DNA of 64,000 nucleotides from Polyangiales bacterium. GTDB lineage: Bacteria > Myxococcota_A > Polyangia > Polyangiales > Ga0077539. Position numbers and translations under genes: made by a program. The stretch lies in the NCBI GenBank assembly GCA_044229975.1, contig JBGARZ010000003.1, positions 64,001 through 128,000 of the forward strand, read 5' to 3'. Numbering within the stretch: the first letter of the stretch is position 1; each line of letters starts with the position of its first letter. Below, piece by piece: positions 31,463-41,215 of the stretch. The notes beneath the pieces are model-generated. The model worked only from the letters and a program-made list of their open reading frames with translations, made no database searches and was not told the origin of the DNA.

Positions 31463-32677
31463 CTACGCGCGCTCGAAGACCGTCGCGATGCCCTGCCCCA
31501 CGCCGATGCAGAGGGAGGCCGCGCCGTAGCGGAGGCCCTGCCGTCGCATGCGGTGCAGGAGCGTGGCGACGATGCGTGCACCCGACGACCCGATGGGGTG
31601 GCCGAGCGCGATGGCGCCGCCGTCGGGGTTGACCCGCGCGGGGTCGAGGCGGAGCGCGTCGATGCAGGCGAGCGCCTGCGCCGCGAAGGCTTCGTTGAGC
31701 TCGACGGTGTCGAGGGCGTCGACCGCGAGACCCGCGCGCGCGAGGGCCTGCGTCATCGCGGGAATGGGGCCGAGGCCCATGAGCCCAGGCTCGACGCCCG
31801 CGACGGCATTGGAGACGACACGCGCCAGTGGTGTGAGCCCGTGCGCGCGGACGAAGGCTTCGGACGCAACGAGCACGGCCGAGGCGCCGTCGTTGATGGG
31901 CGACGAGTTGCCCGCCGTGACCGAGCCGTCCTTGCGGAAGATGGGGGAGAGCTTCGCGAGCTGTTCGAGGGAGGCGTCGGCGCGCACCGACTCGTCGGCG
32001 GTGACGAGCGTGGGCGGGCCCTTGCGCTGCGGGATCTCGACGGGGACGAGCTCGTCGCGGAACGCTCCTTCGGCCGTAGCGCGGGCGGCGCGCTGGTGGC
32101 TGGCGAGGGCGAAGCGGTCTTGCGCCTCGCGGGAGACGGCGCGGGCGACAGCGACGTTTTCGGCCGTCTCGCCCATGGATTCGAGCGGGAAGCGCGCGGC
32201 CATCTTCGGGTTGGTGAAGCGCCAGCCGAGCGACGTGTCGAACATCGCGGGCACCGCGCGGTCGAAGCTCTCGGCGGCCTTGGCCATGGCGAAGGGCGCG
32301 CGGGTCATGCTCTCGACGCCGCCCGCGATGACGGCCGAGCGCTCGCCCGTGGCGATGGCGCGGTACGCGTACTGGATGGCTTCGAGCCCGGAGCCGCAGA
32401 GTCGGTTGACCGTGACGCCGGTGACCTCGAAGGGCAGGCCCGCGAGGAGGAGGGCCATGCGCGCGACGTTGCGGTTGTCCTCGCCAGCCTGGTTGGTGGC
32501 GCCGAAGACCACCTCGTCGATGCCGGGGCGCGCGGCCGGAACGCGATCGAGGAGGGCGGTGATGGTGCGCGCGGCGAGGTCGTCGGGGCGCACGGTGGCG
32601 AGGCCGCCACGATGGCGCCCGACGGGCGTGCGGACGGCGTCGACGACGAAGACGGCGGGCAGCGAGGTGGGGCTCAT
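31463..32677 (-). CDS. Thiolase (acetyl-CoA C-acyltransferase, PcaF/PaaJ-like)
   Basis: NQAGEDNRNVARM, NRLCGSG, NEAFA, GHPIGSSG, LCIGVGQG. Confidence 0.95.
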   Translation of the reverse strand: MSPTSLPAVFVVDAVRTPVGRHRGGLATVRPDDLAARTITALLDRVPAARPGIDEVVFGATNQAGEDNRNVARMALLLAGLPFEVTGVTVNRLCGSGLEAIQYAYRAIATGERSAVIAGGVESMTRAPFAMAKAAESFDRAVPAMFDTSLGWRFTNPKMAARFPLESMGETAENVAVARAVSREAQDRFALASHQRAARATAEGAFRDELVPVEIPQRKGPPTLVTADESVRADASLEQLAKLSPIFRKDGSVTAGNSSPINDGASAVLVASEAFVRAHGLTPLARVVSNAVAGVEPGLMGLGPIPAMTQALARAGLAVDALDTVELNEAFAAQALACIDALRLDPARVNPDGGAIALGHPIGSSGARIVATLLHRMRRQGLRYGAASLCIGVGQGIATVFERA

Positions 32678-32736
32678 GGTGCGCGCGGGTGTAGCGCACA
32701 GTGCGCCGTGACGGGAAGGCGGGGACGCCGAGGGGC

Positions 32737-34512
32737 TCAGCCCAGCAGGTACTTGAGCACCACGACCAGCGCGCCCGTCAGCAGCAGGTTGAGCGCGAGC
32801 ACCACGGCGACGCTCACCGGAGTCAGACGAATCTCACGGGCGTACCAGGCCCCGTCGTCTTCGGTGGTGAGGCGTTCGTCCTTCGGGTGCGCGGGCTCGA
32901 CGGGGGAGCGATCGAACTCCTGCGGCCGCTCGGCGCGCACGGCCGGAGCCGTGAGCGCGCGCTGGATCGCGGTCGGAAAACCCGCCGGTTGGGTCGGGTG
33001 ACGGATGGGCGCAGGGCCCGACGGCCGAGGGCGCATCGACGGGCCCGCGGGCGGCGGCCGGGTGGGCAGATGCGCCGGGGGCATCGGCGTCGCGGCTTCG
33101 GCGAAGTCCCCTTCGAACTGCGGCGCCTTGGCGGACACCGCGCGAGCGATCTGCACCGGCACCGCCGGGCTGGTGAAGTCCTCGGAGAGCAGTTCGAGGA
33201 CGTCGGGGTCGTCGATGTCGACGATGGCCGACGAGATGACCGCGTCGCCGACGTCGAGCGGACCATGGACGGGCGTGACCACGGCGTGGGTGGTCTGCGA
33301 CTCGCCCGCGGGCGACGGCGGCGGGTTGTAGGTGTCGCGCTCGGCCCCATCGAGCGCGAGCCATGAGTTGGCCGCCGCGTCGTCGTCGACCCGTCGCTGC
33401 GCGGCGGGCAGCTCAGCGATGCGCGCGGGGATGCCCGTGTGTCCGGGCGCCGTACCGCCGCGCGGCGAGGCGTGACCCGACGGACCGCCCAGCAGCGGTG
33501 TGATGGATCGCACCACGTTGCTCTTGGCGACCATCGCCGGTGGGCGCGCGGAGTTGCGCGACTGCCCCGGCACCGGGGTCGCGAAGCGCATCGTCCCGTT
33601 GCGAGAGCCGGGACCGTGGATGGGGGGGATGGTTCCGCCGCGCAGGACGCCGTCGCGAACGGTGCGGCGGGAGGTGAGCAGCGTGCTCGGGACCGACGCG
33701 AGGGCGGTCGCGAGCTCGTGGGCAAACTCCGTGGCGCTCGCGGGTCGACGCGCCGGATCCATCGACCACGCGCGGTGGAAGATGGAGTCGAGCGGCTCCA
33801 GGCCCTCCTGCGGGGCGAGCGCGATGAACGGGAGCGCGCGGCGCTGCACGGCGTTGAGCACCGCCGACCCGCTGTTGCCAGGGAACGCCGGGCGCCCGGT
33901 GAGCGTCTCGAAGGCCAGCGATGCGAGCGAGAAGAGGTCGGCCCCGGGGGTGAGCTCGACCCCGCCGGCGATCTCCTCGGGCGAGAGGTAGTTCACCTTC
34001 GAGGCAGGGTGCTGGGGCCGATCGGCGTGCCCCACCGCGAGCAGCTTGATGGGCTGACCGTCGGGCGGGATGAGCACCGTCTCGGGCATCACCACGCGGT
34101 GCAGCACCGGGGGGCTGCGCTCGTGGAGGTAGTCGAGCGCGGCAGCGGTCTCGTCGATGATGCGCCGAACCTCCGAGACGGGGATCACCTCGCCGCTGGC
34201 GATGCGGCTCCGGAGGGTGCGCCCGTCGGTCCACTCGGTGATCATCACCGGGAGCTGATTGGCCGTGTACCCGAGCGCGTGCACCTCGACCAGGTTGGTG
34301 TGCTTGAGCCCGCGACCGAGCACGGCGGTGCGCTCGAACCACTCGCGCAGCTCTTCCACGTGCAGCGGGTGCAGCACCAGCGCGCGGGCCTTGGCGCCGC
34401 GACCCTCCGCCGGGAAGGCCTCGTACACGAGGCCGATGCGATCGGCGTGGCTCAGCGCGCCGAGGATGAAGCCGCCCGGGAGGAGCGACCCTGGTGATGC
34501 CATCCGACTCAT
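32737..34512 (-). CDS. Tail-anchored Ser/Thr pseudokinase
   Basis: Kinase scaffold kept (HTNLV, LDYLH, YLSPEE, ADLFSL, LTGRPAF, DPARRP) but catalytic motifs lost; Pro-rich region; C-terminal TM. Confidence 0.8.
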   Translation of the reverse strand: MSRMASPGSLLPGGFILGALSHADRIGLVYEAFPAEGRGAKARALVLHPLHVEELREWFERTAVLGRGLKHTNLVEVHALGYTANQLPVMITEWTDGRTLRSRIASGEVIPVSEVRRIIDETAAALDYLHERSPPVLHRVVMPETVLIPPDGQPIKLLAVGHADRPQHPASKVNYLSPEEIAGGVELTPGADLFSLASLAFETLTGRPAFPGNSGSAVLNAVQRRALPFIALAPQEGLEPLDSIFHRAWSMDPARRPASATEFAHELATALASVPSTLLTSRRTVRDGVLRGGTIPPIHGPGSRNGTMRFATPVPGQSRNSARPPAMVAKSNVVRSITPLLGGPSGHASPRGGTAPGHTGIPARIAELPAAQRRVDDDAAANSWLALDGAERDTYNPPPSPAGESQTTHAVVTPVHGPLDVGDAVISSAIVDIDDPDVLELLSEDFTSPAVPVQIARAVSAKAPQFEGDFAEAATPMPPAHLPTRPPPAGPSMRPRPSGPAPIRHPTQPAGFPTAIQRALTAPAVRAERPQEFDRSPVEPAHPKDERLTTEDDGAWYAREIRLTPVSVAVVLALNLLLTGALVVVLKYLLG

Positions 34513-34582
34513 GCGCGCGCCGACGCTACTTCAAGCCCGCGCCGGAAGCATCATCGCCGACACGGCTGACGAGCCGCGACCC

Positions 34583-35338
34583 TCACTCCGCGGCGGAGGC
34601 GCAGCAGCGGAAGCCGATGGAGTAGTCGTGGTAGGCGGTGTTGTGACCGGGCGTGCGGTACCAGCAACCCTCGCCGTTGATGGTCGTGTCCATGTAGTAC
34701 CCGCCGCGAAACGTCCCGGTGGAGTCGCTGGTCCACTCGTGGAGGTTGCCCACCATGTCGAAGACGTTTTCTTCGCTGGTGCAGCCCGCGTGGGCGCCGG
34801 TCAGGGACACGGTGCCGGGGAGCTGGTTGATCTGCGGGTCGTTCATCAGCGCCATGCCCCAGAGGTACGGGGTGGTGGCGTGGAAGAGCCGCACCACGGG
34901 GTGCCAGCGGTGGTTTTCGTTGCAGCGGCCGTCCTGGCGCTGATTGCCGTACCCGTGGGTGCGCCCCTGCGGGCCGCGGCACGAACGGAACCACTCGCGC
35001 TCGGAGCAGAGGCGCTTGCCCGACCGGGCGCAGGCCCGCGACGCCTCGACCTGCGAGATGTACCCCTGCGGAACCACTCCCCGCCGCGACACCGCCCGCA
35101 CGTCCAGCCGACCCGGGTTGAGGTACGGCGAGTGGGGGACCTCGCGCCCGTCGGGGCGGATCTCCATGAGCGAGGCCTCGTAGCGGTCTACGCAGAACCC
35201 CGAGGTCGGGATGAAGGACATCCCATCGGGGCACGGAGCGTTGGAGCGTGCCGTGGAGGCCCCCAACACCAGCGCACCTAGTAGCGCGATCACCGAACAG
35301 GCCAACACGCTCGTAGGTACACCAGACGGTCGCTGCAT
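34583..35338 (-). CDS. Exported FGE-sulfatase (SUMF1/CLec-fold) domain protein
   Basis: Signal peptide, CPDGM, FCVDRYE, GKRLCSEREW, FDMVGNLHEW, IGFRCC; GGAGG before ATG 35338. Confidence 0.88.
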   Translation of the reverse strand: MQRPSGVPTSVLACSVIALLGALVLGASTARSNAPCPDGMSFIPTSGFCVDRYEASLMEIRPDGREVPHSPYLNPGRLDVRAVSRRGVVPQGYISQVEASRACARSGKRLCSEREWFRSCRGPQGRTHGYGNQRQDGRCNENHRWHPVVRLFHATTPYLWGMALMNDPQINQLPGTVSLTGAHAGCTSEENVFDMVGNLHEWTSDSTGTFRGGYYMDTTINGEGCWYRTPGHNTAYHDYSIGFRCCASAAE

Positions 35339-35671
35339 CAGTTCCTCCGCGGGTTGATCAAGAGGGCTCCGCGGTTGAGCGCGGGAGCCGAGTTGAAGTC
35401 GCGTACGAGATCCGTGTGCGAGACCGTCTTCTGGCCTCACGAACCGGCCGCACTCCGAGAAGCACGAACGGCCAAGTTCAAGCGAGAGGGGCCATGCTTA
35501 GCCGGGCTTCGCCGATGAGACAACCCCCCTCGGTCAAGATTGCGGCGACGATGTCGGCGCACGGTCCCCCTCACACGACGTCACGCACCACCAACTTCTC
35601 GACGCCTCGGGAGCGCTTGACCCACCCCCGCGCGGTGAGACTCTCCGCGACCTTTGGAGGTCTACCACCCG

Positions 35672-36901
35672 ATGTCAGAAGCACGCTCCCTCGACGCCCG
35701 ACTGCACCACCCACTGCCCACGCTGCGTGAGCCCGCCGTCACGCTCACGGAGGTCGCCGGACTGCGCGCCGCGGGCGTGGCCGCTGGCATCAAGGCCAGC
35801 GGTCGCCCCGACGTGGCGCTGCTCGTCGCCGACGCGCCCGTCGCCTGCGCGGGCATCTTCACGCAGAACCTCTTCCCCGCCGCGCCCGTGGTCGTGAGCC
35901 GCGAACACCTGCTCGCGACCGGCGGGATGGTGCGCGCCGTGGTGGTCAACAGCGGCAACGCCAACGCTTGCACCGGCGAGCAGGGACTCGCCGACGCGCG
36001 AGAGATGTGCGCCCGCGTGGCGAGCGCGCTGGGCTGCCGCGCCGAGGAGGTGCTGGTGTGCAGCACCGGCGTCATCGGGCAACCGCTGCCGATGGAGAAG
36101 GTTCGCGCGGGCATCGACGCGGCGCTCGCGGCGCTGTCGGGCGAGCGCGACGCGGGGCGGAGGTTTCTGCACGCGATCATGACCACCGACGCGTACCCCA
36201 AGGAGGAGGGTCGCGAAGCGGGCGGCGCGAAGGTGGCGGGCGTGTGCAAGGGCGCGGGGATGATCCACCCCGACATGGCGACGATGCTGGCCTTCGTGGC
36301 GACGGACGCGCGGGCGACATCGGAAGAGCTGCGCGCGATGATCGGCGGCGTCGCGGCGAGGAGCTTCAACGCGGTGCACGTCGACACGCACCCGAGCACC
36401 AACGACACCTTCCTGCTCGTCGCGACGGGCCGAAGCGGCACGGACGTGGAGGGCGTTCGGGCGACGGTGACGGACGTGGCGGGTCACCTCGCGTGGCTCA
36501 TCGCGCGCGACGGCGAAGGCGCGACGAAGGTCACCACGATTCGCGTGACGGGCGCGCGTGACGCGGCCGCCGCGAAGGACGTGGCGGCGACGGTGGCGAG
36601 CAGCGCGCTCGTGCGGACGGCGCTCTTCGGCAACGACCCCAACTGGGGGCGCTTCGTGTCGCAGGTGGGCAACGCGAAGACGGTGCGCAGCGTCGCGGGC
36701 CTGCGGTGCACGTTGCAGGGCGTGACGGTGTTCGAGCGGGGCGGGCCGACGCCCTTCGATCGGGCGGCGCTCTCGGCCGCGATGCGCGCCGAAGATCTGG
36801 TGTTGGAGATCGTTCTGACCGAGGGCGATGGCGAGGCGATGCTGATGACCAGCGACCTCGGGTACCGCTACGTGGAAGTAAACGCCGAGTACACGACCTG
36901 A
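35672..36901 (+). CDS. argJ: Ornithine acetyltransferase ArgJ
   Basis: NSGNANACTG, STGVIG, IMTTD, KGAGMIHPDMATML, STND, RDGEGATK, GNDPNWGR. Confidence 0.95.
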   Translation: MSEARSLDARLHHPLPTLREPAVTLTEVAGLRAAGVAAGIKASGRPDVALLVADAPVACAGIFTQNLFPAAPVVVSREHLLATGGMVRAVVVNSGNANACTGEQGLADAREMCARVASALGCRAEEVLVCSTGVIGQPLPMEKVRAGIDAALAALSGERDAGRRFLHAIMTTDAYPKEEGREAGGAKVAGVCKGAGMIHPDMATMLAFVATDARATSEELRAMIGGVAARSFNAVHVDTHPSTNDTFLLVATGRSGTDVEGVRATVTDVAGHLAWLIARDGEGATKVTTIRVTGARDAAAAKDVAATVASSALVRTALFGNDPNWGRFVSQVGNAKTVRSVAGLRCTLQGVTVFERGGPTPFDRAALSAAMRAEDLVLEIVLTEGDGEAMLMTSDLGYRYVEVNAEYTT

Positions 36902-36905
36902 GCGG

Positions 36906-37757
36906 TCACCACTTGTAGAACCCTTCGCCGGACTTCTTCCCGAGCTTGCCCGCGCGCACCATCTGACGAAGCAGTGGCGGCGGGCGAAACTGCTCACCCA
37001 CCTCGCGGTGCAGATGTTCGAGAATGGCGAGCCGCACGTCGAGCCCGACGAGGTCGGTGAGGCGCAGCGGACCCATCGGGTGGCGGTAGCCGAGCTCCAT
37101 GGCGCGGTCGATGTCCTCGGCGCTGGCCACTCCCTGCTCCAGCATGCGGATGGCCTCGGCGCCGATGGCGACACCCAGACGGCTGGTGGCGAAGCCCGGC
37201 ATGTCGCGCACGACGATGGGCGTCTTGGCGAGCTTCGCGGCGAAGGCCAGCGCGCGCTCGATGGACTCGTCGGAGGTGCGCACCCCACGAACGATCTCCA
37301 GCAGCTCCATCACCGGTACCGGGTTGAAGAAGTGCAGGCCGACGAGCCGCGTCGGGTCCTTCAACGCCGCGCCGAGCTCGGTGATGGAGAGCGACGAGGT
37401 GTTGGACCCGAGCAGCGCCGTCGCGGGCGCCATGGAGTCCACCATCTTGAGAAGGTCGCGCTTCAGCTCGATGCGCTCGGGCACCGCCTCGATGACCACC
37501 GCCGCGCCGTCCACCGCCGCGCCGACGTCGCCGCCCCAGGTGATACGACCGAGCAACTCGTCGCGCTGCGCCGCCGTGACCTTCGCCTTCGCGACCATCC
37601 GGTCGAGCGAATCACGAACGCCCTTGAGCCCCTTCTCCCGCGCCCCCTCGGAGGGGTCGCTCACGTACACCGCGAACCCAACCGCCGCGCACACCTGCGC
37701 GATGCCGTGACCCATGGTGCCCGCGCCGAGCACCGCAACCTTCGACGTGTCGCTCAT
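36906..37757 (-). CDS. 3-hydroxyacyl-CoA (3-hydroxybutyryl-CoA) dehydrogenase
   Basis: GAGTMGHGIA, EAVPE, SNTSS, HFFNP, HPMGPL, GKLGKKSGEGFY. Confidence 0.95.
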   Translation of the reverse strand: MSDTSKVAVLGAGTMGHGIAQVCAAVGFAVYVSDPSEGAREKGLKGVRDSLDRMVAKAKVTAAQRDELLGRITWGGDVGAAVDGAAVVIEAVPERIELKRDLLKMVDSMAPATALLGSNTSSLSITELGAALKDPTRLVGLHFFNPVPVMELLEIVRGVRTSDESIERALAFAAKLAKTPIVVRDMPGFATSRLGVAIGAEAIRMLEQGVASAEDIDRAMELGYRHPMGPLRLTDLVGLDVRLAILEHLHREVGEQFRPPPLLRQMVRAGKLGKKSGEGFYKW

Positions 37758-37771
37758 GGCGACGCTTGATA

Positions 37772-39001
37772 TCACACCGACCGCGACGCTCGCCGTACCC
37801 GCTTCGCCGCTTCCACCGCCGCTGCACCGCCGAAGGGGAGCACCCGCTCGGCGACCGCCATCGCGCCCTTCGCGTCGCCCGCTCGGAGCTGCACCGCCGA
37901 CAGCGTGAGCAGCGCGTTGGCTTCGAGCACATCGAGCTCACCCGTCGCCCGCGCCGGGTGCCCCGCCGGGACGGCCGCGAGCTCTTCCATCATCGCGTCG
38001 AGCTGCCCCGCAGGCTGCGTCGTCACCCACCGCGGAGGCAGCGCGATCCACGTCTCGGCGAGCGTCCACCGCAGCCGCAGCCGCTCGGTTCGATCGTCCA
38101 CCGTCGTCGGGTCGATCGCGCGCAGCGCCTCCAGTCGCGGCACCAGCGCGAGCACGCTGTCCCCTCCCCGCGCCGCCGCGATGGCGTCGTTGCACCACCC
38201 GATCGCTCGCGCGAGTGTTGCGCCCGGCGACCGCGCCGTCGCACCCGCCAACGCCTCCGCGGCCGACGACCAGCGCCTCGCGCGCATCGACGCCATCCCG
38301 CGGGCCACCGCGCTCCAGCCTCCTGCTCCGGGGACACGCGCCGCCGGTGCGGGTGCGTTGGACGGCAGCATCACGCCGAGCCGCGCGCGCTCTTCGTCGC
38401 CCGTCACATCGACGCCGGGTTCCTGCCGATCGAGCACCGCGGCCCGCAGCACGCCGCCCTCCACGCGCGCGGCGTCGATGGGCCACCACGTCGCGAGGCT
38501 CGCGTCGGCCGCCGCGGTCATCGCCTCGCGTGCGACCAGCACCCGCGCGTGCTCCTCGCACTCCGACCACCGCGCGGCGATTTCGGCCAGCCACGCCGCG
38601 GCGTCGACCGGTGCGCCCGACACCAGAGCGTCCGGTGCGACGGACGCGAGGCGCGCCTCCATCGCCGACGTGATCGCGTCGAGCGGAGGGGTGACACGCG
38701 GTCTCCCCGCGCCGCCAAGAACCCATCCCGCGAGCGTGCGCGCGTCGTCCGGACCGAGGTCGGAGAGCGACCCGGTGAGCCAGCGCTGGGCCTGCGCGAG
38801 CGAGGCGCCCGCCTCTCGCAGCGCGCGCACCCGCAGGATGGCGCGCTGGTGTTCGGGGCCGTACCAGGCGAGCGTCGCCGCGCTCTTCTCGGGCGCCGGA
38901 ACCAGTCCCACCTCGACGTAGTGATGCACCTGATCGCGAGTGACGCCGAGCGTGCGCTCCAGCTCACCGATCTTCAGGTGCCGACGCCCGGGCCGCGTCA
39001 T
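37772..39001 (-). CDS. MerR-family regulator with a long helical C-terminus
   Basis: LKIGELERTLGVTRDQVHHYVEVGLVP..WYG..LRVRALREAGASL. Confidence 0.75.
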   Translation of the reverse strand: MTRPGRRHLKIGELERTLGVTRDQVHHYVEVGLVPAPEKSAATLAWYGPEHQRAILRVRALREAGASLAQAQRWLTGSLSDLGPDDARTLAGWVLGGAGRPRVTPPLDAITSAMEARLASVAPDALVSGAPVDAAAWLAEIAARWSECEEHARVLVAREAMTAAADASLATWWPIDAARVEGGVLRAAVLDRQEPGVDVTGDEERARLGVMLPSNAPAPAARVPGAGGWSAVARGMASMRARRWSSAAEALAGATARSPGATLARAIGWCNDAIAAARGGDSVLALVPRLEALRAIDPTTVDDRTERLRLRWTLAETWIALPPRWVTTQPAGQLDAMMEELAAVPAGHPARATGELDVLEANALLTLSAVQLRAGDAKGAMAVAERVLPFGGAAAVEAAKRVRRASRSV

Positions 39002-39005
39002 GGGC

Positions 39006-39953
39006 TCAGGGCGCGCGCAGCACGCGCACGGCGTCGGCGATCACCGAGAAGCTCGCGGGCAACGACCCGGGCGCCTCGCCGTCGATGTCGAGCGGCACGT
39101 CGCTGTCCGTCGACTCGATGTCGATCACCCGCCCACGACCGGAGATCACCTTCGAGGCGCCGATGTGCGTCCCTTTGAAGATCTTGGGGAAGTTCTGGAT
39201 GACGTCCGCGGTGCCGAGATCGCCGAGGCCCACGACCTCGAAGACTCCATCCGAGGGGTCGGCGTCGGGGCCGATGATCATGCCCCCGCCAAACGACCGC
39301 CCGTTGCAGACCGCGAAGGTCATCGCCTTGCCCTCGTAGAGCAGCGCGCCGTCGACCCGCACCCGCATCACCCGATGCCGCCAGCCGAGGAGCGCGCGCG
39401 CCGTCGCGAAGGTGTAGCTCGCCTTGCCCGACAGCCAGCCGGGCCCCTGGGCGACGAGCTCGTCGACGCGCCCGGAGATCCCGCAGCTCGCGATGTTGGT
39501 GAAGAGCATCGACGCCTTCGCGCCCTTCCGATCGAGGTACTCCAGGCGCCCCAGGTCGAAGGGCCGCGCCACGGCGCCGGACAGCCAGCGGGCCACCGCG
39601 TCGACCCCGGACGGGAGCCCGAGCGTGCGCGCCCCGAGGTCGCTCCCGGTGCCCGCTGGAATCACCGCGAAGGCGGTCTTCTCCGACGGGATGAGCGTGC
39701 CGTCGGGGCGCAGGAGGGCGTTCATGGCGTCGTGGAAGGTGCCGTCGCCGCCCATCACGCCGACGAGTGCGGCGCCCGACTCGGCGAGCGCGCGCACCAC
39801 CTCGCAGAGCTGGGCCTTGCCCCCCGTGCGATGCACCGTCACGTCGAAGCCCTCGGTCGCCAGGGCGCGCGACAGGTCTCCGATCATCCGCCCCGCGCGG
39901 CCACCGCCGGCCGCCGGGTTCACCACGAGTTCCAACGTCCGTCGCGTCGACAC
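39006..39953 (-). CDS. Diacylglycerol/lipid kinase family (YegS/DagK)
   Basis: VNPAAG, GGDGT, PAGTGSD, NGRSFGGG, IDGE. Confidence 0.92.
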   Translation of the reverse strand: MSTRRTLELVVNPAAGGGRAGRMIGDLSRALATEGFDVTVHRTGGKAQLCEVVRALAESGAALVGVMGGDGTFHDAMNALLRPDGTLIPSEKTAFAVIPAGTGSDLGARTLGLPSGVDAVARWLSGAVARPFDLGRLEYLDRKGAKASMLFTNIASCGISGRVDELVAQGPGWLSGKASYTFATARALLGWRHRVMRVRVDGALLYEGKAMTFAVCNGRSFGGGMIIGPDADPSDGVFEVVGLGDLGTADVIQNFPKIFKGTHIGASKVISGRGRVIDIESTDSDVPLDIDGEAPGSLPASFSVIADAVRVLRAP

Positions 39954-39966
39954 GCCTGCCGCCTCC

Positions 39967-41079
39967 TCAACCGTCGTCGCGGGCCACGCCCAGCGACCGC
40001 GCGATCCACTCCCCGAGATCGTCGGCGCGAACGCCAGCCCGACGCAACTGCAACCGACTCGACCCGCAGCTCGTCACCACCGCGACGTCCTCGCCGACCT
40101 CCCGCACCTCGCCCGCAAGCTCACCCGCGATGGCCCGCGCCGTGGTCGGTCGCGTCACCGGAAGGAGCCCGCCGCCGCCGCTGCACGTCGCCTGATCGCG
40201 CGACGTCGGAAGCTCCGCCAGCGGCCGTCCGAGGATGCGTTGCATCACCGCGCGCGGGGCGTCGTAGACCCCGAGGCCCCGACCGAGGCGACAGCTATCG
40301 TGCACCGCCACCGGACCATCGACGTCGAGCACCGGGAGCCGATCGAGCTGCCGCGCGGCGGCCTCGGAGAGATGCTCCACGCGCGCCCACCCGGCAGGCG
40401 CGAGGCCGAAGCGGGGATACAGCGTGCGCAGCGTCCAGGCGCATCCCGAGTCGGCGACCACGAGCTCGGTCGCGCCACCGACCGCCTCCACGAAGCGCGC
40501 GGCCTGTTGGAAGAAGCCCTCGCGATCGCCTGCGTCCCAGAGCGGTGCACCACAGCACTCGCCGCCGACGGCGTGGCAGCCGCCCGACAGTTCGCGCACG
40601 GCGCCGACGGTCTGTCGCGCACCGGCCGGATCGTCCTTCACGGCGCGGCAACCGGGGACCACCGCGACCCGGGCGCCCTTGCCGACGAGGCCCGCGGCGC
40701 TGGCCTGGGCGGCGAGCTTCTCGCGACGATCAGGCCAGGTGGCCACCACGCGCGAGACGGGCGCGGGCGCGACGTCGTTGGCGAGCGCATCGACGCGACC
40801 ATCCCAGAGCGTGTCGACCACGGGGTTGTCGAGGAGGCACAGCGTCCGGCACTTGCCGCACCCGGTGCAGGCCCAGGCAACCGCGGCGCGGGCGGGCTCT
40901 TCGGTCGGCTCGATGTCGCGCAGGAGTTCGTCCATCGCGCGCATCTTCCCCCACGGCGTGACGGTCTCGCGGCCCTCGACCGTGGAGACGGGGCAAGCGG
41001 GCCGACAGAGCTTCGGACAGTAGGTGCACCGGCTGGTGGCCTCGGCGCGACCCTCCAGGAGCGGGAGCCGACGGTTCAT
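39967..41079 (-). CDS. (Fe-S)-binding protein with CCG domains (GlpC/HdrD-like)
   Basis: CTYCPKLCRPACP, CTGCGKCRTLC, ECCG, HDSC, CSGGG. Confidence 0.88.
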   Translation of the reverse strand: MNRRLPLLEGRAEATSRCTYCPKLCRPACPVSTVEGRETVTPWGKMRAMDELLRDIEPTEEPARAAVAWACTGCGKCRTLCLLDNPVVDTLWDGRVDALANDVAPAPVSRVVATWPDRREKLAAQASAAGLVGKGARVAVVPGCRAVKDDPAGARQTVGAVRELSGGCHAVGGECCGAPLWDAGDREGFFQQAARFVEAVGGATELVVADSGCAWTLRTLYPRFGLAPAGWARVEHLSEAAARQLDRLPVLDVDGPVAVHDSCRLGRGLGVYDAPRAVMQRILGRPLAELPTSRDQATCSGGGGLLPVTRPTTARAIAGELAGEVREVGEDVAVVTSCGSSRLQLRRAGVRADDLGEWIARSLGVARDDG

Positions 41080-41215
41080 GCCCGGTCGTAGGTATCACAT
41101 CCCCGCGGCTGGTCCGATTGGCGGCGCGCGCGGAAAGGGTGAAGCGTTGGTGACGGCGCCGCGGGGTGTGGGGTAGGCTGGCGGCTCTTCTCACCTCTAC
41201 CGGGGTACTCGCAGG

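Noticed and set aside
34583..34700. DGR variable region at the IGFRC end of the CLec-fold FGE protein
   Set aside because: No reverse transcriptase and no template-repeat copy in the window.
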